A program made the position numbers and the translations under genes. DNA of 64,000 bases from a virus. The notes under the pieces were generated by a model, which was not told the origin of the DNA, did no database searches, and was given only the letters and a program-made list of their open reading frames with translations. The DNA lies in IMG/VR virus record IMGVR_UViG_3300034103_001442, positions 64,001-128,000 of that record; one strand, given 5' to 3'. Of the stretch, positions 1 through 9,967 are shown in pieces; position 1 is the stretch's first letter, and the number at the start of each line of letters is the position of its first letter.

Positions 1-148
1 CTGTTTTAACAATTGTACGCTCGCTGGAACCGAACTCACGCTCATATACAGTTTGACCTTTGTCTGGGCTCTCGTAGATTTTTGGCTTACGCTCTGCTAC
101 GTGATGAGCACCATCCAAGTCAGAAAACTTCAATTTTTCTTCACTCAC
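1..148 (-). CDS. small hypothetical protein, runs off the window start
   Basis: GTG start overlapping grx stop; translates MSEEKLKFSDLDGAHHVAERKPKIYESPDKGQTVYEREFG; not in ORF track. Confidence 0.6.
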   Translation of the reverse strand, partial: MSEEKLKFSDLDGAHHVAERKPKIYESPDKGQTVYEREFGSSERTIVKT

Positions 149-366
149 TTTAACGACTCCTCTAGTTGCGTATAGCCTCCAACCAGCGCATCATCCTTGG
201 TGATGATTGGGACACTACGCATTGATGGAAAATTCTCCATAACAAACTCTCTAGTTACATCCGTGCCAATTTTTACCTCTGTAAACTCCAACCCCTTCAT
301 TTTCAGGAGGGACTTGGCTTTTACGCAGTAGGGACAATCTGGCTTTGTGTAGACTTTATACATCAT
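145..366 (-). CDS. grx: glutaredoxin (NrdC/NrdH-like)
   Basis: CPYC active site, SVP motif, GGY; downstream of nrdAB. Confidence 0.9.
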   Translation of the reverse strand: MMYKVYTKPDCPYCVKAKSLLKMKGLEFTEVKIGTDVTREFVMENFPSMRSVPIITKDDALVGGYTQLEESLK

Positions 367-386
367 AATTCACCTCAGTAAGTAAG

Positions 387-791
387 TCAAGTCTTTTTTA
401 TAACACTCGACTTTCCGATTTTACAACTAATCCATTCATTATAATAATCATCGCGTTCCAACGCTTCTCTTTCGAACAGGTATTTAGCCTCGGTATAGTT
501 TGTATCACCGCGAGTTTTGCATAATTTTAAAATTGTTCTTTTGAAATTTTGCTCGCCCAACAACTCAATATCTTTTTTCAGGGACGGTGACGAACCGTAG
601 TAGTTTTCCCAGTCGGAAACCTTACGTGTCTTTTTCTTTTTCCCTTTGACTTGTTTGTACGCAGCGCGTGTGAAATACTTTCGCCCAATGTATCTTTTGG
701 AATTCACCAGGCATTCAATTTCGTAAACAAACCCATAATAACCAGAGGCATCTTCAATTGTAAATTCTTTGCCTTCAAACAACCACATCAA
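387..791 (-). CDS. GIY-YIG family nuclease
   Basis: GFVYEI...KRYIGRK motif, YYGSS, YYN. Confidence 0.7.
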   Translation of the reverse strand: MMWLFEGKEFTIEDASGYYGFVYEIECLVNSKRYIGRKYFTRAAYKQVKGKKKKTRKVSDWENYYGSSPSLKKDIELLGEQNFKRTILKLCKTRGDTNYTEAKYLFEREALERDDYYNEWISCKIGKSSVIKKT

Positions 792-970
792 TATTCATCA
801 TCAAACGGCTCGACCTCTTCAGTCCACTTTTCCTCTTCCTCTTCAGGATCTTCTCTTTCTAGGTCGGTCGCGCCGCAAAATGGGCAAAACAAAATCTCAT
901 CGTCGTCATCTACTGACTCTGACTTGATCTTAAAATCTTTCTCGCATGACAAACACTCATGCCATTGCAT
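788..970 (-). CDS. small Zn-ribbon protein with acidic tail
   Basis: CxxC...CPFCG; ATG at 970 with GGAG RBS. Confidence 0.7.
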   Translation of the reverse strand: MQWHECLSCEKDFKIKSESVDDDDEILFCPFCGATDLEREDPEEEEEKWTEEVEPFDDEY

Positions 971-980
971 ATGTTTCTCC

Positions 981-2042
981 TTACAAACTAAATCCCTTGA
1001 ATGTGTTTTGGTCCACATCTTTTTTAACACCGCCAACAATGTAACTTGTTATTTCAGTTTCTTGTGGCGCCACTTGAACCTCTCCACCACTGATCCACTT
1101 TTGTGTCCATGGAAGTGGGTTGGTTCCCGTTTTGTATATATTATCGAGACCTATTGCATGTAGACGTTTGTTACCAACCCATTCAATATAGTCACAAAGT
1201 AGTTTTTCATTCAGCCCAATCATTGAGCCATCTTTGAACAAATATTTCGCCCATGCTTTTTCTTGTTCAACAACAGACTTGAACATATCCAAAACTTCAT
1301 CTTGTGTTTGGGCTTGAATTTTCTCAAATGCTGGGTCGTCTTTTGGTAAAATCTTTAACAAGTGTTGTGTTGATGCCAAGTGGACATTTTCATCGCGGGC
1401 AATGAACTTAATGATTTTGGCATTGCCTTCCATTTTCTTGAGTTCAGCAAATGCCCATGAGCAAGCAAATGAGACGTAAAAACGGATACCCTCAAGTGCA
1501 TTAACAGCATTCAAACAGAGCCAAAGATCCTTTTTAGCCTGTAACAAAGTCTTATCATTCTTAATTACATTGTCATAATACTTGCTGATGTCTTTAGCAC
1601 AATCCACAATTTCTTTTATGTCCAGCATTTCATCAAACACCTTTGATGGGTCTGAGTAAACGTTTCTAATGATATGTGTATAAGAGCGCGAGTGAATTGT
1701 TTCGAAAAATGACCAAGTGATAATCCAGTTTTCAAGTTCTGGTAGCGAGGTCAATGGCAAAAGCGCAGCAACTGGAGCACGCCCCTGAACCGAGTCAAGG
1801 AGGATTTGACGCTTCAAGTTGCTCGTGAAAATATGTTTTTCGTAGTCAGATAAGTTTTTGAAATCTTTTGCGTCGCGTAGGAGATCAACTTCCTCAGGTC
1901 GCCAAAAGAATCCAAGTTGTTTATCAGTCAGTTTTTCGAAAATTGAATACTTCTGTTTGTCATAGCGAGCAATAGAAACTGGTGTCCCGAAAAATGCGGG
2001 CTCTTGGGTTGTATCAATTTTCTTTTGGTGGAAAACACTCAT
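981..2042 (-). CDS. nrdB: ribonucleotide reductase class Ia beta subunit
   Basis: FFWRPEEV, ETIHSRSY, EGIRFYVSF, DENVH, C-terminal APQETEITSY. Confidence 0.97.
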   Translation of the reverse strand: MSVFHQKKIDTTQEPAFFGTPVSIARYDKQKYSIFEKLTDKQLGFFWRPEEVDLLRDAKDFKNLSDYEKHIFTSNLKRQILLDSVQGRAPVAALLPLTSLPELENWIITWSFFETIHSRSYTHIIRNVYSDPSKVFDEMLDIKEIVDCAKDISKYYDNVIKNDKTLLQAKKDLWLCLNAVNALEGIRFYVSFACSWAFAELKKMEGNAKIIKFIARDENVHLASTQHLLKILPKDDPAFEKIQAQTQDEVLDMFKSVVEQEKAWAKYLFKDGSMIGLNEKLLCDYIEWVGNKRLHAIGLDNIYKTGTNPLPWTQKWISGGEVQVAPQETEITSYIVGGVKKDVDQNTFKGFSL

Positions 2043-2689
2043 GATTTATTCTCTTCAATATTATATTCAAAACGATCATCATCAGACAAAACCCATTTGG
2101 ATGTGTTTTCAACTGACCACATATTTGTGCCTAGTTTACGTTCAATAACATTCTGACCAGGTTTAGTGACAAAGGACGGTTCAAAAGCACGGATACGATT
2201 ATTAGGCTGTATTGCGAAATTTCCATTGTCCAATTTGATAAAATGACCGCACTTATGCTGTCCAGGAACTTCACTAAACCCTGTGTCAAGAACATTACGA
2301 TCCTCCTGTGACCAATCAAGGGTGAACAAGTATGTACCCTCATTCCAATTTTTACTTCGGTCAATGTAGCGCATTCGTTTATTGATCAAAAAGTCGAACT
2401 GTGTAACGCCAATGTAAGAACTAAAACAGTCCCATAAAACTAGGTTATAGAGTTCTTCTTGTTGAGCACCCTCCTTATGACAAAAGGCATGGATCGGCAT
2501 GCGGAACCAAACCCCCTCATCTTCCATAATAAAATGAAATAGAGGTACACGGTGCGGCACCGACGCCACACCGAAAATAAGAACTGGAAGGTAGAAGTCT
2601 TTTGACTCATCCCACTCAACCCTATTTTGTAAAAAGTTAGATCTAACAAAACACTCTATGGGAGGTATGTTAGCATTTAAATATGCCAT
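2039..2689 (-). CDS. conserved phage hypothetical protein
   Basis: 216-aa ORF coupled to nrdB; MAYLNANIP...GQHKCGH...GNFAIQPNNR. Confidence 0.75.
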   Translation of the reverse strand: MAYLNANIPPIECFVRSNFLQNRVEWDESKDFYLPVLIFGVASVPHRVPLFHFIMEDEGVWFRMPIHAFCHKEGAQQEELYNLVLWDCFSSYIGVTQFDFLINKRMRYIDRSKNWNEGTYLFTLDWSQEDRNVLDTGFSEVPGQHKCGHFIKLDNGNFAIQPNNRIRAFEPSFVTKPGQNVIERKLGTNMWSVENTSKWVLSDDDRFEYNIEENKS

Positions 2690-2695
2690 AATGTA

Positions 2696-3163
2696 TTATT
2701 TCTTATTTCGCTCAGCAAGTTTTGCTGCATAGGCTGCTTGCCTTTCTGCTTCTTTTGCTGCTCTTTCAGCATCACGAGCAGCTTCTTTTTCAGCCTGTGC
2801 TTTTGCAAAATCAGCATTCTTTTTAGCAATGGCTTCTTCTCTCCTCATAGCAACTACAAGTTTTCTTTCTTCAAGATAAGTGTGTCTGCTAGGATCTTGA
2901 CTTCCTGGTGCTTCATTTTTAACCATCGCAACAAATGCTTCAAGGTTGGTTTCCTTCATAATTCTACGATCTTCCAACCACTTGGCTGTGAGTTCTCTTG
3001 CTTGTCGAGCACACTCAGCAGCCTTTTCTGGATTGTTTATACGCCAGTCTAGAATTTCTGTTACTTTTTCCGTTGCCCATTGCTCGGCAATTCGCGCTTC
3101 CTTTCCTTCTGGCGTCAAAGCAGCGAAAGCCTCTGCTGACATATTTTTAATATTTACTGACAT
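2696..3163 (-). CDS. hypothetical coiled-coil protein
   Basis: A/E/K/R-rich ORF with GGAG RBS. Confidence 0.7.
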   Translation of the reverse strand: MSVNIKNMSAEAFAALTPEGKEARIAEQWATEKVTEILDWRINNPEKAAECARQARELTAKWLEDRRIMKETNLEAFVAMVKNEAPGSQDPSRHTYLEERKLVVAMRREEAIAKKNADFAKAQAEKEAARDAERAAKEAERQAAYAAKLAERNKK

Positions 3164-3166
3164 ATC

Positions 3167-3349
3167 TTAATCCTCCGATTCCAACCAATCTATATTTTGG
3201 TATGCTACTCTAACACTTTTTAGGATATTATTTTCCTGAACTTCAATTTGAACGTCTTTTTCAGAATGGACGCCATATCTAGTATACCAAAGTATTTCAT
3301 ATACTGTGTCTGAATTTAATTCAGGACAATTATATATCCTTGCTTTCAT
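3167..3349 (-). CDS. hypothetical protein
   Basis: ATG at 3349 after GAGGT RBS; fills gap. Confidence 0.55.
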   Translation of the reverse strand: MKARIYNCPELNSDTVYEILWYTRYGVHSEKDVQIEVQENNILKSVRVAYQNIDWLESED

Positions 3350-3357
3350 TTGACACC

Positions 3358-5658
3358 TCAAATTTTACAACTGTCGCACTCCGAATCAGACAGTTCGCCT
3401 TTAGCAATTTCAGGAAGTGATTTGATTTCCATTTCACCAGAACCATCGTAAGTGTTAAAATAATATAACTGCTTACCACCATACTTATAAAACATAAGCA
3501 CATGCTTAATCATTTCTGACATAGGTATTTTTTCTTCTTCATAATAACGTGGGTTGTATGAAGTGTTGACGGAAATACCTTGGTCAATAAACTTTTGAAG
3601 CACTGCGCAAATCTTTAAGTAGCCCTCTGGTGACTGTTGATCCCAAAGTAGTTCATACTTGTTCTTCAGTCTGCCAATCGCTGGGACAACCTGCTTCAGC
3701 ACTCCATCCTTTGATTGCTTGACGGATACAAGACTGCGTGGTGGCTCAATTCCATTTGTTGAGTTTGAGATTTGAGCGGATGTTTCAGCAGGCATCAAAG
3801 CCATCAGTGTTGAGTTGCGGATACCTGTAGCCTTGAGTTTGGCGCGGAGACTATCCCAGTCCATTTCATACTTTGGCTCAACGAGTTCATCAACATCCTT
3901 TTTGTAGGTGTCAATTGGTAAAATACCATGGCAATATTTTGAACTGCGGCTTGCTGGGATTTTACCACCCTCTTCAGCCAAATCAGCAGACGCCTTGATC
4001 AAATAATATGACCAAGCCTCGGCATACTGATGAACAAGTTTCAAGTCAGGGTCGCTGTAGTTGGTGTTATTTTTCGCAAGCCAATAGGCAAAGTTGATAA
4101 TACCAACACCAAGTGGTCTACGGTTCATAGTACCAATCATTGCGGCGACAACTGGGTAACTTTGATAGTCAAGCAGAGCATCAAGTGCTCTTACGGCGAG
4201 GGCGCAAGGCAACTCAAAGTCCTCTGGCTTCTTAATCTTACCCCAATTGATTGCAGCAAGTGTACAAAGACTGATCTCACCTTCATCATCATGAATACTA
4301 TTCAGTGGCATTGTTGGGAGATTAATCTCACAGCAAAGGTTGCTCATGCGGATAGGCGCCAAGTGTGGTAAAAACGAGCCATGATCATTGGCATGGTCAA
4401 CGTTCATCAAGTAAATTCGACCAGTGTCCTTTCGCTCTTGAATGAATGTTGAAAACAAATCAATTGCTGGAACACTCTTTTTGCGAATTTTAGTATTGCG
4501 CTCAGCCTTCTCATATAGTTCACGGAACTTTTCATTATCAACAAAGAAAGCATCATACAAGTCTGGAACATCTGCTGGGCTGAACAGGGTGATATTACCG
4601 CCCTGTAGCAAACGCTCATACATGACTTTGTTAAACTGTACACCGTAGTCCAAATGACGGACACGGTTGTCCTCAGTACCCTTGTTGTTTTTGAGGACTA
4701 AAAGATCTTCTACTTCGTAGTGCCAAATTGGGTAGTAGAGCGTCGCAGCCCCACCACGGACGCCACCTTGCGAACAACTTTTAACAGCAGATTGAAAATA
4801 CTTGATAAAAGGCACGATACCAGTATGACTAGCATCGCCGTTGCGAATACGGGACCCAAGAGCGCGAATACGCCCAGCACCAATGCCAATGCCAGCCTTT
4901 TGTGATACGTATTTGACAATTGATGAGGCTGTCGCATTTATGCTATCCAGCGAATCATCCGTCTCAATGAGAACGCATGAGGAAAATTGACGTTGAGGAG
5001 AGCGTACTCCTGCCATAATTGGAGTAGGCAAATTAATATAAAAACTACTAATGGCGTCATAGAGTTCTTTCACCCATTGTAAACGTGTCTTTTGTTTTCC
5101 CCAAACTGGATACCTACTGAACAAAGTCATCGCAATAAGCATATATGCCATTTGCGGTGTCTCATAAATTTCACCAGTGACACGATTTTTAATCAGGTAC
5201 TTACCACGGAACTGTTCCATGGCAGCATAGGTTAAATCATTATCGCGAGTGTGATCAATATAGGAATTCAGTAAATCAAACTCTTCCTTTTTATATAGTT
5301 CTAGAATTTCTTTATCATAATATCCAAGACCAACTACACGCTTTACATGGTTGTACAAATGCGGTGGGTCAAACGTTCCATAGACTTCTTTACGCAAATG
5401 ATAGTTAATCAAACGACCAGCAACATACTGATAGTTTGGTGTTTCTTCAGAAATGAGATCAGCCGCAGCCTTGATCAGCGTTTCCTGAATGTCAGCAGTT
5501 TTGATTTGGTTGTAAAACTGAATCTGAGTTTTAATCTCAAGATCAGAAACGGACACCCCACTCAAACCATCACAAGCATATGAAGCGACACGGTGAAATT
5601 TATTAATATCCAAAAGTTCCTTCTCACCATCTCTTTTTGTTACATATACTGGTGTCAT
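3358..5658 (-). CDS. nrdA: ribonucleotide reductase class Ia alpha subunit with ATP cone
   Basis: VTKRDG ATP cone, QFSSCVLI, SNLCCEI, MPAETS, C-terminal CDSCKI; uninterrupted. Confidence 0.98.
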   Translation of the reverse strand: MTPVYVTKRDGEKELLDINKFHRVASYACDGLSGVSVSDLEIKTQIQFYNQIKTADIQETLIKAAADLISEETPNYQYVAGRLINYHLRKEVYGTFDPPHLYNHVKRVVGLGYYDKEILELYKKEEFDLLNSYIDHTRDNDLTYAAMEQFRGKYLIKNRVTGEIYETPQMAYMLIAMTLFSRYPVWGKQKTRLQWVKELYDAISSFYINLPTPIMAGVRSPQRQFSSCVLIETDDSLDSINATASSIVKYVSQKAGIGIGAGRIRALGSRIRNGDASHTGIVPFIKYFQSAVKSCSQGGVRGGAATLYYPIWHYEVEDLLVLKNNKGTEDNRVRHLDYGVQFNKVMYERLLQGGNITLFSPADVPDLYDAFFVDNEKFRELYEKAERNTKIRKKSVPAIDLFSTFIQERKDTGRIYLMNVDHANDHGSFLPHLAPIRMSNLCCEINLPTMPLNSIHDDEGEISLCTLAAINWGKIKKPEDFELPCALAVRALDALLDYQSYPVVAAMIGTMNRRPLGVGIINFAYWLAKNNTNYSDPDLKLVHQYAEAWSYYLIKASADLAEEGGKIPASRSSKYCHGILPIDTYKKDVDELVEPKYEMDWDSLRAKLKATGIRNSTLMALMPAETSAQISNSTNGIEPPRSLVSVKQSKDGVLKQVVPAIGRLKNKYELLWDQQSPEGYLKICAVLQKFIDQGISVNTSYNPRYYEEEKIPMSEMIKHVLMFYKYGGKQLYYFNTYDGSGEMEIKSLPEIAKGELSDSECDSCKI

Positions 5659-5837
5659 TCGTTTGTCCTCTTTAGTGTAAATGTACCATCCTTGTTATCA
5701 ACCCACTCTAACGGAGTGGATTCATCCCATTTCAAATGGGTTAGGATCTCTTGGGGAATGTCTATATATAATTCCCCGTCAACCCTTTCCTTGACTTCGG
5801 TTTGATAAATTTTACCCTGCGACTGCTTCTGCGACAC
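5655..5837 (-). CDS. AbrB/MazE-like small DNA-binding protein
   Basis: GTG start with AAGGAG RBS; LYIDIPQEILTHLKW...LEW..DGTFTL pattern. Confidence 0.6.
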   Translation of the reverse strand: MSQKQSQGKIYQTEVKERVDGELYIDIPQEILTHLKWDESTPLEWVDNKDGTFTLKRTNE

Positions 5838-6477
5838 TTGGAAACTCCTTGGCGATAATGCCCCAGCACATTTTTGCAATGTCTGAATGTTCAAGTTGTG
5901 TTCCATTTGCCATCCTCAACTGGCAGTAGTGAACCCAGGAGCGTAGTGTGCCCGACATGTATAATGTTGTTTCGGTCAAACCCTCTGGCAGCACTGCTCT
6001 GGCTTGCTCTTTGGCAATACCCTTACCCAATGCCCACTGATACAAATGATCTGCTTCAGAAATAAGTTGTTCCTGTTTCATTTCCCACTCATTCCAAAGT
6101 TTTACATGTTCATCATTATGCATGTCGAGTTGAACGCTGTTTTGGCGATTTTTCGTATCTTGTAAACGAGCCTCGCGAGTCAAAAATGACTCTGATACAG
6201 CATAGCGTTGACTAAATTCCTGAAACGAAAATGAGCGGTGGCGGAGGACTTGTCTAGAAATATCACGTGTGGTTTTAATTTCCATAACAACATGAACCAT
6301 TTCAAGCGGAGACCAATGCTCATTCTTAATCAAATACTTTACCAACTTACCTGCGGTTTCCGCATTATTTTGATTTGCTGGGTTTGATACACGCGCAGCA
6401 TATGCAACCAATTCATTAGCGGTTTCACAATCGCAATTAACTGGTTTGGTAATTCCTATTAGGCGAACTGAACTCAT
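5812..6477 (-). CDS. thyX: flavin-dependent thymidylate synthase
   Basis: HWSPLE, RHRSFSFQEFSQRY, ARAVLP motifs. Confidence 0.97.
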   Translation of the reverse strand: MSSVRLIGITKPVNCDCETANELVAYAARVSNPANQNNAETAGKLVKYLIKNEHWSPLEMVHVVMEIKTTRDISRQVLRHRSFSFQEFSQRYAVSESFLTREARLQDTKNRQNSVQLDMHNDEHVKLWNEWEMKQEQLISEADHLYQWALGKGIAKEQARAVLPEGLTETTLYMSGTLRSWVHYCQLRMANGTQLEHSDIAKMCWGIIAKEFPSVAEAVAG

Positions 6478-6671
6478 TGAACGTCTCCAATTATTGAATT
6501 TATTTTACGCATAACTTCTTGTTCAGACCTACAGTCCGAGAAAAGTTGTTTTGCTATTTGAACTTTGTTTATATTTTTGGTAAACACGCCACGCTCAATC
6601 ATAACTTGAACGCAATCACGCATAGCCATTGACGTCCCAGTGCTGTCGATCGTGTTTGACCAAATCTTCAT
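6474..6671 (-). CDS. hypothetical protein
   Basis: translationally coupled ORF. Confidence 0.6.
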   Translation of the reverse strand: MKIWSNTIDSTGTSMAMRDCVQVMIERGVFTKNINKVQIAKQLFSDCRSEQEVMRKINSIIGDVQ

Positions 6672-6886
6672 TAAATCTTTCCGTTTTTGAAACCGTAGAA
6701 TTCAGAAACTTTTTTCAGGGCTTGATAGTATTTAAGCATTTCATTATCGCCCCTTCTGAATTTCTTTTGGCTCATACTACTAATTTGATCGCCAACTATT
6801 CGAATGTCTTTGGCTAAAAGACTCTCCAAAAAATCCATTTCATTATATGCTGAATTGATTTTCTTTTTCACTGGCAACGCCTCCAT
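6671..6886 (-). CDS. hypothetical protein
   Basis: coupled ORF after primase. Confidence 0.55.
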   Translation of the reverse strand: MEALPVKKKINSAYNEMDFLESLLAKDIRIVGDQISSMSQKKFRRGDNEMLKYYQALKKVSEFYGFKNGKI

Positions 6887-7896
6887 ACAGAATGATACAG
6901 TTTAGCCTCAGCACCGCTGAAAGTGTTTTCATCAATGATAGTTTTGACCTGCTCAGGGGTCATACCCGCAAGCACCATGTCATTAATATCCTTTTGCTCG
7001 ATTTTTGTATCCCAAATACAGACTTTGTAGCCAGCCTCAATGCACTTGGCTATCTTTTTAACAGTATCAGAATTTCTAGGTTCGTTATCGTATACAACTA
7101 CTATACGCTCTTTGGGAAATGAAGTCAACTGTAATTCAGTTAAAATATCTCCACCAGCGGTAGCAATTGCATTAGGAAGGAACGTTGAGTCAATTGGTCC
7201 TTCAGTGACATAGATGGTTTTGCCATCATTAACGGAGTCAAGCCCAAATATGCGTGGCTTGTTTTCGTCAAGCATGATGGTGATATAGCGGAGACTTCCC
7301 GCATGAGGATTGAACGACCTGCCTTGGAATCCGAACAAATTCTTATCCTTATCCAAAAATGGTATAACAAGTCGCGGTTCTTCTGGTGCTTTCTCATTCA
7401 ACTTATCAGGGATCATTGAATTGACCCACTGTTTGAACTTCGGCGCGTAGAACAGTTTATAATGAACTGATGGGGGTATTTTTCTGTTATCTATATATTT
7501 CTTGACTGGATGGTCGTATGCCAACTGTGAAACTTTTTTTAATTCACCAAGTGAGGTATCCTTAATGAACTTCGGTTTCTCCATTTTCTTTACAAACTCA
7601 GTGAGATCCGAGTTTTGGGTTTTGTTCTCAGCCATTTTCTCCTTGACAAACTCGTAGTAAAGAGTTTCATCAAGACTCTTAATGAAGAATGGCAACCCCA
7701 TCGAGGCTCCACAGTTGTGACAGTGAAACCGCAATGCATTTTTCTTTACGTAGATGTACCCACGAGTTTTGGATTTGTTGGCTTGTGAATCGCCACAAAT
7801 GGGACAACGGAATCGGTAGGTGTTATTGTTTACGCGAACGAACTTATCAAGACGTGGTGAGATGTACCCGACGTACTTATGCTCAAGCCATAACAT
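6868..7896 (-). CDS. gp61: T4-like DNA primase gp61
   Basis: RCPICGDS..CHNC Zn finger, TEGPIDS, DNEPRN, KDINDM TOPRIM motifs. Confidence 0.95.
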   Translation of the reverse strand: MLWLEHKYVGYISPRLDKFVRVNNNTYRFRCPICGDSQANKSKTRGYIYVKKNALRFHCHNCGASMGLPFFIKSLDETLYYEFVKEKMAENKTQNSDLTEFVKKMEKPKFIKDTSLGELKKVSQLAYDHPVKKYIDNRKIPPSVHYKLFYAPKFKQWVNSMIPDKLNEKAPEEPRLVIPFLDKDKNLFGFQGRSFNPHAGSLRYITIMLDENKPRIFGLDSVNDGKTIYVTEGPIDSTFLPNAIATAGGDILTELQLTSFPKERIVVVYDNEPRNSDTVKKIAKCIEAGYKVCIWDTKIEQKDINDMVLAGMTPEQVKTIIDENTFSGAEAKLYHSVWRRCQ

Positions 7897-7930
7897 AGAT
7901 ATTCCTGTGTATGATTAGGACAACAGTACC

Positions 7931-7959
7931 ATTATACTGGTCCCCAGGAAATAAAAAAA
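7931..7959 (-). promoter_or_regulatory. sigma70-like phage promoter upstream of primase
   Basis: TTTTTT-N17(TATTTCC...)-TATAAT. Confidence 0.6.
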
Positions 7960-7962
7960 GTG

Positions 7963-8304
7963 TTATTTCAATTCAAATGAAATTAATTTTGACACCAGCC
8001 AACCAACTACGGCTGCGCCACCAACAACAAACCATCTCCAAGTGTTGAGGTCTTCAATTTTCTTTTGTTGGGCTTCATGCTGTTTCTGCGCTTCATCCCT
8101 CATCAGTTTCATTTCTTGAACGAGATCAGTGCGCAACTCATCCATCATCGCTTGAATTTCTTTTTTGTCTTCAATTGTACGCTGGTCGAGTTTTTCGAGC
8201 GTTTTATCGAATTTCTCATATATGACACTAAAGAAACTGACTTTTTCTTTCATCGCAGCAACTTCAGTTTCCATTTTGCTGAGACGTGATTCAAAGTCTA
8301 TCAT
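7963..8304 (-). CDS. coiled-coil protein with C-terminal TM (holin/antiholin-like candidate)
   Basis: heptad-rich, ends WRWFVVGGAAVVGWLV. Confidence 0.6.
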   Translation of the reverse strand: MIDFESRLSKMETEVAAMKEKVSFFSVIYEKFDKTLEKLDQRTIEDKKEIQAMMDELRTDLVQEMKLMRDEAQKQHEAQQKKIEDLNTWRWFVVGGAAVVGWLVSKLISFELK

Positions 8305-8528
8305 TTTTTCGCAAACTTCTCCGCGCCACTTATACCAACCCCAGCAATCACAATGTAGGTCATAGCATCAAACATAAATGGATCGATTTTATAACCAAAG
8401 AACAAATTTGCCACAAATGCAATTGCTAGAAGTAGAAGTGCGATAAAAGTCACCCACCTCTTTGAAGATGGGTGACCGTCGCTGTCCTGCATTATCTCAA
8501 CAAAATAGTTTTTTAATCTTGCTAGCAT
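8301..8528 (-). CDS. two-TM holin-like membrane protein
   Basis: SSKRW then two hydrophobic helices, basic C-terminus. Confidence 0.55.
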   Translation of the reverse strand: MLARLKNYFVEIMQDSDGHPSSKRWVTFIALLLLAIAFVANLFFGYKIDPFMFDAMTYIVIAGVGISGAEKFAKK

Positions 8529-8571
8529 GATCGCTCCTTTGTATCAAAAAGATCATGCTATATGATTTTAA

Positions 8572-8967
8572 TTATTTTTGTTGGTTTGGGTCTGCGTTGA
8601 ATGGGTCTTGCGGAGACGCTGTTTCAACCGCTGGAGTTTCTGCCACTGCTGGTGCTGCTGCAGGAACTTCAGGAGGTGGTTCCGTTGGGACATAAACTGT
8701 ATCTGGTTCTGCTGGTTTTTCATCAGGCTTTTCCTGTTTACCGAGCATAATACCCGATAGGATACCTGTTAAAAACGTAGCAATTGGAGTGATCAACTCA
8801 AAGAATTTTGCATCATTTGGTGACTGTTCCATTGGCTGTGTTACAAAAATCAGTGAGTATAATACAACAAACACGATTCCTGTAAGAGTAAAAGCCAGGG
8901 AAAGTCCAACAATGAACTTCAAACGAGCCATCAATTCTGTATCAGTGTATCTTGGACCATTAAACAT
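8572..8967 (-). CDS. two-TM membrane protein with P/A-rich tail
   Basis: two hydrophobic segments. Confidence 0.65.
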   Translation of the reverse strand: MFNGPRYTDTELMARLKFIVGLSLAFTLTGIVFVVLYSLIFVTQPMEQSPNDAKFFELITPIATFLTGILSGIMLGKQEKPDEKPAEPDTVYVPTEPPPEVPAAAPAVAETPAVETASPQDPFNADPNQQK

Positions 8968-9239
8968 TATTCAACTCCTTCACTTGTTGGTGCTGGCGCT
9001 GGGCAAGGTTCTACAGCGGTAGGTGCTGCTTCTTCAGCGGCTGGTGTATTACCGCTATGAGCGGCATCCCAAGCCTGTTGACCTACCAAATTTTCAGAAC
9101 ACTCGCCTGTTGCAACGCATGCAGGCTTTTTGCACTCTTCATTATTCCAATTAGCGGGATCCTGGCAAGGATAGCGGTAATTGGCTTCACACCCAACTAG
9201 GGTGATGACAAACAATAATGAAAGTAGTGCAGCCCTCAT
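8967..9239 (-). CDS. putative lipoprotein
   Basis: signal with lipobox LVGC; YRYPCQDP..C..P.C..C. Confidence 0.7.
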   Translation of the reverse strand: MRAALLSLLFVITLVGCEANYRYPCQDPANWNNEECKKPACVATGECSENLVGQQAWDAAHSGNTPAAEEAAPTAVEPCPAPAPTSEGVE

Positions 9240-9493
9240 TTCGCCTTTTTGGCTCGTGGCTTGCTAACTTTTTTGGCAACCTTTTCACCAGCTGCCTTTA
9301 CGTCTGCAAGATTCACCTTGCCATCCTTATTGACATCAAGGGTGTTTGCTACAGTCTTTGCTACTTCTGTAGCAGCAACTTTAACATCTTGATGATCAAC
9401 CTTTCCGTCTTCATTTGCATCTGGCTTGTTAAAAAGTTTCCAAACAATCCAAACTGCAACTGCGATCAATAATAGAACAATTAATGTACCCAT
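9236..9493 (-). CDS. membrane-anchored protein with EF-hand-like loops
   Basis: N-terminal TM; DANEDGKVD and DVNKDGKVN. Confidence 0.65.
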   Translation of the reverse strand: MGTLIVLLLIAVAVWIVWKLFNKPDANEDGKVDHQDVKVAATEVAKTVANTLDVNKDGKVNLADVKAAGEKVAKKVSKPRAKKAK

Positions 9494-9502
9494 GTTAAAC
9501 TC

Positions 9503-9754
9503 CTATTTTCTCAAACTTGATGAAACTAATCTACGTGCTGTTGATGTAGCCAGTGGCTGGTCGCTAGCACTCAATAAACTCAACGCAGCAATCAACATTA
9601 AAATGCCACGCACATCGCCTTTATCTGATGTCTTGTATCTATTTAGCGAGTTGGCAATCATGGACAAAAGAGAAAGTCTAGTGGCATCTGAACTACCACT
9701 AGACTTCTCATCGTCTTTTTCTTCTTGCTCTACAAATGTAGAAAACTTTTTCAT
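9503..9754 (-). CDS. hypothetical protein, possible internal head protein
   Basis: N-terminus MKKFSTFVE resembles T4 capsid-targeting sequence; AATAAATA upstream. Confidence 0.6.
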   Translation of the reverse strand: MKKFSTFVEQEEKDDEKSSGSSDATRLSLLSMIANSLNRYKTSDKGDVRGILMLIAALSLLSASDQPLATSTARRLVSSSLRK

Positions 9755-9781
9755 TTGTTTACTCGCTGTTTACTTTATTTA

Positions 9782-9967
9782 TTATTGCGGAACCGCAGGG
9801 GTTGGTTCTGCTGGTTTTGGTGGAGGTGTTATGGTCTTCAAGTCTTTTGGCGGAACCATCAACTCCTCTGGTAATTCGATTTTATCAAGTTTCGGTAACA
9901 AACGTGTTAGTGGGGTTCCACAACCTGTCAGTAACAAACTCATACAAATGACTAGAAGGTATTTCAT
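9782..9967 (-). CDS. o-spanin-like lipoprotein (Rz1-like)
   Basis: MKYLLVICMSLLLTGC lipobox, Pro-rich, directly after i-spanin-like gene. Confidence 0.7.
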   Translation of the reverse strand: MKYLLVICMSLLLTGCGTPLTRLLPKLDKIELPEELMVPPKDLKTITPPPKPAEPTPAVPQ